NCBI GenBank assembly: GCA_033852135.1
Contig: JAWSVB010000001.1
Location: 1,309 to 65,308 of the forward strand
Reading direction: 5' to 3'
From: Gammaproteobacteria bacterium
GTDB taxonomy: Bacteria; Pseudomonadota; Gammaproteobacteria; QZLD01
Length of the DNA stretch: 64,000 nucleotides
Below the pieces are notes generated by a model. It made no database searches. It was not told the origin of the DNA and saw nothing but the letters and a program-made list of their open reading frames with translations. Shown one piece after another: positions 59,194 through 64,000 of this stretch. The stretch's first letter is position 1, and every line of letters begins with the position of its first letter. The position numbers and the translations under genes were made by a program.

Positions 59194-61122
59194 TTACAGC
59201 CTATCTTCAAAGATATGAATTTGACTTGCATCACGCAAGCTCTTCATAAAGTTTGCAAATGAATATTGGCTTAGCTCTCCAGTTCTTGAAAAAGCTGCTT
59301 GTTCAATACCTTTCTTAACATCATCACTATCAGCAATAATTTCAGCATTGATAACTTCTTTCAATTCAATTACAGCGTAATCACCATATTGTAATTCAAT
59401 GCCTGCAACAGTTACGGCATCATCTTGCCCTTTAACCATCTCAAATGCAGCTTGCACAACTTCTCTTGAGTATTTAGTAGCATTTCTTGGCAGTGGCTCA
59501 ACCTCTGTTACTTTTGCTTCAATTTGAGCAGCAGCATCAGCCATTGACATCCCTTCAGTAATTAGCTTTTCTAGTTCTAGCCCTTTATTTTTAGCCATTA
59601 CTTTTGCTTTTTCTGTCTTCAAAAAGTTACGGATAATTGACTGAACTTGATCAAGTGGCTTAACTGTAGCTGATTTGTGATCAACGACACGAACAACAAA
59701 CGCCATATTTCTGCCGATATTTATCAGATCACTATTATTACCCTCTTTAAGAAGGTCATCTGAAAATGCAACTTGAGCTACTTTCTTATGCTTTAAAATA
59801 TCTTTTCTTGATTGGCTCGATGCAAAATCTGTCTCTTTAATTTCAACACCTGTAAATTTTGCAATCTCTTCTAATGAAGTTGGATCATCATAAGCGATAT
59901 TACCAATTTCAGTGCCATTTTCAGCTATGTAAGCTCGAGCCTTTTCAGCACTTATTGTCTGTTTGATCTGAGCTTCAATACTGTCATCAAGAGGTTTTGT
60001 ATGCTTATCTTTGATATCAACTAATTTAATTAGGTGAAAACCAAATGAAGTTCTAACTGGCTTACTAACTTCCCCTTTTTTCAAAGAGAATACAGCGTCA
60101 TCGAATTCAGGAACCATAGCCTTTTGACCAAAGAAACCTAAATCACCGCCATGCTTCGCAGAACCTGGGTCATCAGAAAACTCTTTAGCTAAATCAGCAA
60201 AAGACTCGCCTTTATTGATTCTAGCTGCAAGATCATCAATCTGTTTTTTAACCTTTGCTTCATCTTCTTTTGTTGCATCTTTCTTGATATTAAGAAGAAT
60301 ATGGCTAGCCTTACGCTGCTCATCTTGCTGATAACGCTCGATATCAGACTCGTATCTCTTTTTAATATCTTCAGCTGAAACCGCAACTTTATCACCTAGC
60401 GTATCAACTGAAATTTCGATGTACTCAAGTTTTACTTGCTCATCAGTCAGGTATTTTTCATTGTTGCCTTTATAGTATGCTGCAACCACTTCGTCAGTGA
60501 TCTCAATATCTTTTCTAAATGTATTTCTACTTACAGTAAAGTAATTAAAAGAGCGCTTCTGATTTTTAAGTTTATATAGCTGCTCTGCTTCTTTACGAGT
60601 AGCGAATGCAGATCTAGACACTCCATTCATCAGGTCATTCTTATTCAAAGATAGTGGAACAATACTTGTTACGAATTCGTTTCTAGACAGTCCTTGCGAC
60701 TGAAGTATTCTATTCAACATGGCTTCAGAATACTTTCCATCTTCATAAAATTGAGGAGCTTTTTTAATCTCTCCAACAACTCTTGGAAGTGAAATTTGCA
60801 TATTATTTTCAGACATCCACTGTTGTTCTAACGCCTTATCTACAAGGCTGTTAACAACACCCATCTTGGTTTCCATATTATCAAACATGGCTTCATCATA
60901 CTTATCACCAAGATCATTTCTCCACTGGTTTTTAACGCCTTGTAGAGCATCTGCATATTCTTGCAATGAAATTTCTTGGCCATTAACTGTAGCTGCGCTA
61001 ACTGCGCCTCCACCAAATGCGTATTGATTTATACCCCAAAGAACAAAAGGGACGGAAACTACACCGACAAAAACCCACATCACCCAGCCTACGGCTTTTT
61101 CTCTAATCTTCTCAAGTACCAT
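59194..61122 (-). CDS. ppiD: Periplasmic chaperone / peptidyl-prolyl isomerase PpiD
   Basis: N-terminal TM, SurA-like N domain, parvulin domain (ASHILL...GGDLGFF...FGFHLIKL), and lon-hupB-ppiD synteny. Confidence 0.9.
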   Translation of the reverse strand: MVLEKIREKAVGWVMWVFVGVVSVPFVLWGINQYAFGGGAVSAATVNGQEISLQEYADALQGVKNQWRNDLGDKYDEAMFDNMETKMGVVNSLVDKALEQQWMSENNMQISLPRVVGEIKKAPQFYEDGKYSEAMLNRILQSQGLSRNEFVTSIVPLSLNKNDLMNGVSRSAFATRKEAEQLYKLKNQKRSFNYFTVSRNTFRKDIEITDEVVAAYYKGNNEKYLTDEQVKLEYIEISVDTLGDKVAVSAEDIKKRYESDIERYQQDEQRKASHILLNIKKDATKEDEAKVKKQIDDLAARINKGESFADLAKEFSDDPGSAKHGGDLGFFGQKAMVPEFDDAVFSLKKGEVSKPVRTSFGFHLIKLVDIKDKHTKPLDDSIEAQIKQTISAEKARAYIAENGTEIGNIAYDDPTSLEEIAKFTGVEIKETDFASSQSRKDILKHKKVAQVAFSDDLLKEGNNSDLINIGRNMAFVVRVVDHKSATVKPLDQVQSIIRNFLKTEKAKVMAKNKGLELEKLITEGMSMADAAAQIEAKVTEVEPLPRNATKYSREVVQAAFEMVKGQDDAVTVAGIELQYGDYAVIELKEVINAEIIADSDDVKKGIEQAAFSRTGELSQYSFANFMKSLRDASQIHIFEDRL

Positions 61123-61186
61123 AAGATCTCACACCCTTTAATTTATTGTTCTTCCTAGTTTGCATTCTTTGCTTAAAATCAACAAG

Positions 61187-61217
61187 CAAAAAAAAAGCGC
61201 CGTTTTAAGCGGCGCTT
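61187..61217 (-). terminator. Rho-independent terminator after tRNA-Asp
   Basis: AAGCGCCG-cuuaaaa-CGGCGCUU followed by U9 on the minus strand. Confidence 0.85.
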
Positions 61218-61229
61218 TCTTTTTTTCAG

Positions 61230-61306
61230 TGGCGGAGCGGACGGGACTCGAACCCGCGACCCCCGGCGTGACAGGCCGGTATTCTAACCAACTGAACTAC
61301 CGCTCC
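61230..61306 (-). tRNA. tRNA-Asp (GUC)
   Basis: The reverse complement GGAGCGGTAGTTCAGTTGGTTAGAATACCGGCCTGTCACGCCGGGGGTCGCGGGTTCGAGTCCCGTCCGCTCCGCCA is near-identical to E. coli tRNA-Asp. The anticodon loop is CTGTCAC. Confidence 0.96.
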
Positions 61307-61313
61307 GTTTTCT

Positions 61314-61389
61314 TGGTGGGTGCTGAGGGGATCGAACCCCCGACATCCGCCTTGTAAGGGCGACGCTCTCCCAGCTGAGCTAAGCACCC
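61314..61389 (-). tRNA. tRNA-Val (UAC)
   Basis: The reverse complement is GGGTGCTTAGCTCAGCTGGGAGAGCGTCGCCCTTACAAGGCGGATGTCGGGGGTTCGATCCCCTCAGCACCCACCA. The anticodon loop is CTTACAA. Confidence 0.96.
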
Positions 61390-61400
61390 AAGAATTTCGG

Positions 61401-61673
61401 CTAGTTTACAGCATCCTTTAGAGCTTTACCAGCTTTAAATGATGGAACTTTTGATGCTGCAATCTGGATAGTTTCACCAGTGCGAGGATTACGACCTGTG
61501 CGAGCTGCACGCTCACGAACAAGAAATGTACCGAATCCAACTAGTGTAACTTGACCACCTTCTTTTAACTCATCACCTACTGCTTGTACGAAACCATCAA
61601 CGGCTCTTGCTGCAGCAGCTTTTGAGATATCAGCTGCCTGAGCAACTGCTTCTACTAATTCTGACTTATTCAT
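61401..61673 (-). CDS. hupB: DNA-binding protein HU (beta-type by synteny)
   Basis: [11 protein letters not shown]...[19 protein letters not shown]; lies between lon and ppiD. Confidence 0.94.
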   Translation of the reverse strand: MNKSELVEAVAQAADISKAAAARAVDGFVQAVGDELKEGGQVTLVGFGTFLVRERAARTGRNPRTGETIQIAASKVPSFKAGKALKDAVN

Positions 61674-62132
61674 CGACTCGTCCCCTTACTGTTCTAAATA
61701 CTTCCTAATATAATCATCTGCGATGATAACGTAACGGAGTCATGTAGTGAATAGAACCTAAGCTCTTTTCCTTTCACCCCTGCCTTAACTTTGCAGGATG
61801 TCTACGATCCTCTTCATGGCTATGAGTTGTTTAAAACTGCAGCCTAGCTGCTAGGTCTTAAAACCGCCTCAATGCGTTGCCATGAGCGAATTTATACCAA
61901 TCTTGCCTCACACCTGTCAACAAACTTTTTTGCATTTTTTTACATACTTTTTATAAAAAAACTAACGATATAAAACATGCTTTTAAGCTTATACTGAAAA
62001 ACCAATAAGATAGGGCATGCAATTAGCAATCATTTCGGGTCTTGTCGCAGTTGAATTTTACGCTGAAAACATAGAAAAACTATATTTTCAGCGTCACCTT
62101 TTGCAGTCCAATTTTTGCCATTTTTAGGCCAT

Positions 62133-64000
62133 TTATTGCACTGTCACCCCTGGTTTTCTTACAAAAGCTATCTCAACAACCTCATCGAACCAGCGAACAG
62201 GTTTAATATCCAGCGCACTTTTTATGTTTGCAGGTATCTCAACTAGGTCTTTACGGTTCTCTTCAGGGATAATTACTGTTTTAATTCCTCCCCTATGAGC
62301 TGCCAATAACTTCTCTTTCAAACCACCAATTGGTAAAACTTCACCTCGGAGCGTAATTTCACCTGTCATAGCAACAGTAGATCTAACCGGAATATCGGTT
62401 AGCGCTGAAATTAATGCCGTACACATACCAATGCCTGCACTTGGACCGTCCTTAGGTGTAGCCCCCTCAGGCACATGGATATGAATATCCCTGTTCTGAT
62501 GGAAGTCTGGATCAGTTATCCCAAGATTTTTAACTCTACTTCGAACAACTGTCATAGCTGCCTGAATTGATTCCTGCATAACTTCACCAAGTTTACCGGT
62601 ATGGGTTAGTTTTCCTTTTCCTGGTACAACCGCGGCTTCAATTGTTAATAGTTCTCCCCCTACTTCTGTCCAAGCAAGCCCCGTAACTTGACCAACCTGA
62701 TCATTTTCTTCGGCAATACCGTACCTGAACTTTTTCACCCCAAGGTATTTAGTAACATTGCGTGAATTTACTTTTATCTTCTTATCTAGTTTTTCCAGCT
62801 GAATATCTTTTACCACCTTGCGACAAATCTTCGAAATCTCTCTATCTAGATTTCTTACACCTGCCTCTCTGGTATAAAAACGCACAGTATCGCGAATAGA
62901 ACTTGAAGCAAACTCTATCTCTTCATCCTTTAACCCATTAGCCTTAACCGCCTTTGGAACCAAGTACTTCATCGCTATGTTTATCTTCTCATCTTCCGTA
63001 TAACCTGGAATGCGGATCACTTCCATACGATCAAGTAAAGGTGAAGGGATATTCATGCTATTCGCAGTTGCTACAAACATTACATCAGACAGATCAAAAT
63101 CTAGCTCCATATAATGATCGTTAAAAGTATTGTTTTGTTCTGGGTCCAATACTTCCAATAACGCTGCTGCAGGGTCACCCCTGAAATCAGAAGCCATCTT
63201 GTCTATTTCATCTAGTAAGAACAGTGGGTTTTTAGTACCTACCTTAGATAGGTTCTGAATGATTTTACCCGGCATTGAACCAATATAGGTTCTTCTATGC
63301 CCCCTTATTTCAGCTTCATCACGCACACCACCTAATGACATACGCACAAACTTTCTATTTGTAGCTCGCGCAATCGACCTACCAAGCGATGTTTTACCAA
63401 CACCTGGAGGACCAACAAGACAAAGGATAGGACCTTTTAGCTTTCTCACTCTTTGCTGTACAGCTAAATATTCTAAAATTCGCTCTTTTACTTTTTCTAG
63501 GCCATAGTGATCTTCTTCTAACACATCTTCAGCTAGCTGCAGATCATGCCTGATCTTGCTACGCTTTTTCCATGGCGAGTTAACTAACCAATCAATATAG
63601 TTACGCAACACTGTCGCTTCTGCAGACATTGGCGACATCATCTTAAGTTTATTCAGCTCAGCAGTTGCTTTTTTCTTTGCTTCTTTAGGCATTCCTGCCT
63701 GTTCAATCTTTTCTGTCAGCTCCTCAATTTCATTAGGAACATCATCCATCTCGCCTAACTCTTTCTGAATAGCTTTCATTTGCTCATTCAAATAGTATTC
63801 GCGCTGACTTTTTTCCATCTGCTGTTTCACACGACCACGAATTCTCTTCTCGATCTGCAAAACATCAATCTCACCCTCAATCTGCCCCATCAATTGCTCT
63901 AGACGCTGACCAATATCTTCAACATCTAGGATGGCCTGCTTATCTTCCAACTTCAGAGACATATGCGCAGCAATTGTATCTGCTAACCTGCTTGGATCAT
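62133..64000 (-). CDS. lon: Lon protease (N-terminus outside the window)
   Basis: AAA+ GPPGVGKTS and the proteolytic PKDGPSAG serine site. The reading frame continues upstream of the first Met to the window edge (...[18 protein letters not shown]). Confidence 0.97.
   Translation of the reverse strand, partial: DPSRLADTIAAHMSLKLEDKQAILDVEDIGQRLEQLMGQIEGEIDVLQIEKRIRGRVKQQMEKSQREYYLNEQMKAIQKELGEMDDVPNEIEELTEKIEQAGMPKEAKKKATAELNKLKMMSPMSAEATVLRNYIDWLVNSPWKKRSKIRHDLQLAEDVLEEDHYGLEKVKERILEYLAVQQRVRKLKGPILCLVGPPGVGKTSLGRSIARATNRKFVRMSLGGVRDEAEIRGHRRTYIGSMPGKIIQNLSKVGTKNPLFLLDEIDKMASDFRGDPAAALLEVLDPEQNNTFNDHYMELDFDLSDVMFVATANSMNIPSPLLDRMEVIRIPGYTEDEKINIAMKYLVPKAVKANGLKDEEIEFASSSIRDTVRFYTREAGVRNLDREISKICRKVVKDIQLEKLDKKIKVNSRNVTKYLGVKKFRYGIAEENDQVGQVTGLAWTEVGGELLTIEAAVVPGKGKLTHTGKLGEVMQESIQAAMTVVRSRVKNLGITDPDFHQNRDIHIHVPEGATPKDGPSAGIGMCTALISALTDIPVRSTVAMTGEITLRGEVLPIGGLKEKLLAAHRGGIKTVIIPEENRKDLVEIPANIKSALDIKPVRWFDEVVEIAFVRKPGVTVQ

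Noticed and set aside
61160-61357. 65-aa plus-strand ORF.
   Set aside because: It is the antisense reading of tRNA-Asp and tRNA-Val and their terminator.

Overview
This is a low-GC gammaproteobacterial chromosomal segment, and almost all genes lie on the minus strand. Most of it is conserved housekeeping. That includes rpsP-rimM-trmD-rplS, ffh, radA, alr, dnaB, rpsF-rpsR-rplI (no priB), slt, proB-obg-rpmA-rplU and queE-queC. It also includes the full tolQRAB-pal-cpoB cluster, thiDE, purU, bioBFHC-bioD with a BirA-type operator, speD, rep, a CPA2 K+ efflux protein, pgeF, ppiD and lon-hupB-tRNA-Val-tRNA-Asp. No transposase, integrase, CRISPR array or recognisable defence gene is present. Three accessory patches stand out. 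(1) Region 232-9209 holds a membrane-anchored DUF2726/zinc-ribbon protein and a secreted collagen-like Gly-X-Y/PPC protein. It also holds a translationally coupled set: a beta-helix/FN3 lipoprotein, LivH-like and LivM-like permeases with no ATPase or binding protein, and a type-2 PHA-depolymerase-like esterase. (2) Region 35140-41707, between tolQ and thiD, holds an ECF sigma/anti-sigma/DUF3106-like trio. It also holds a divergent pair of paralogous uncharacterised ~147-aa helical proteins around a 640-bp AT-rich, G-poor spacer. Beyond these lie an AP2-like small basic protein (paralog at 27509-28009), an HD-GYP protein and a DUF2914-like protein. (3) The non-coding repeats are a ~122-nt intergenic element in 2.5 copies that abuts gene stop codons, and exact 18-bp and 15-bp tandem arrays in two promoter regions. 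Coordinates of features that are not ORFs were indexed by hand and may be off by 1-3 nt.
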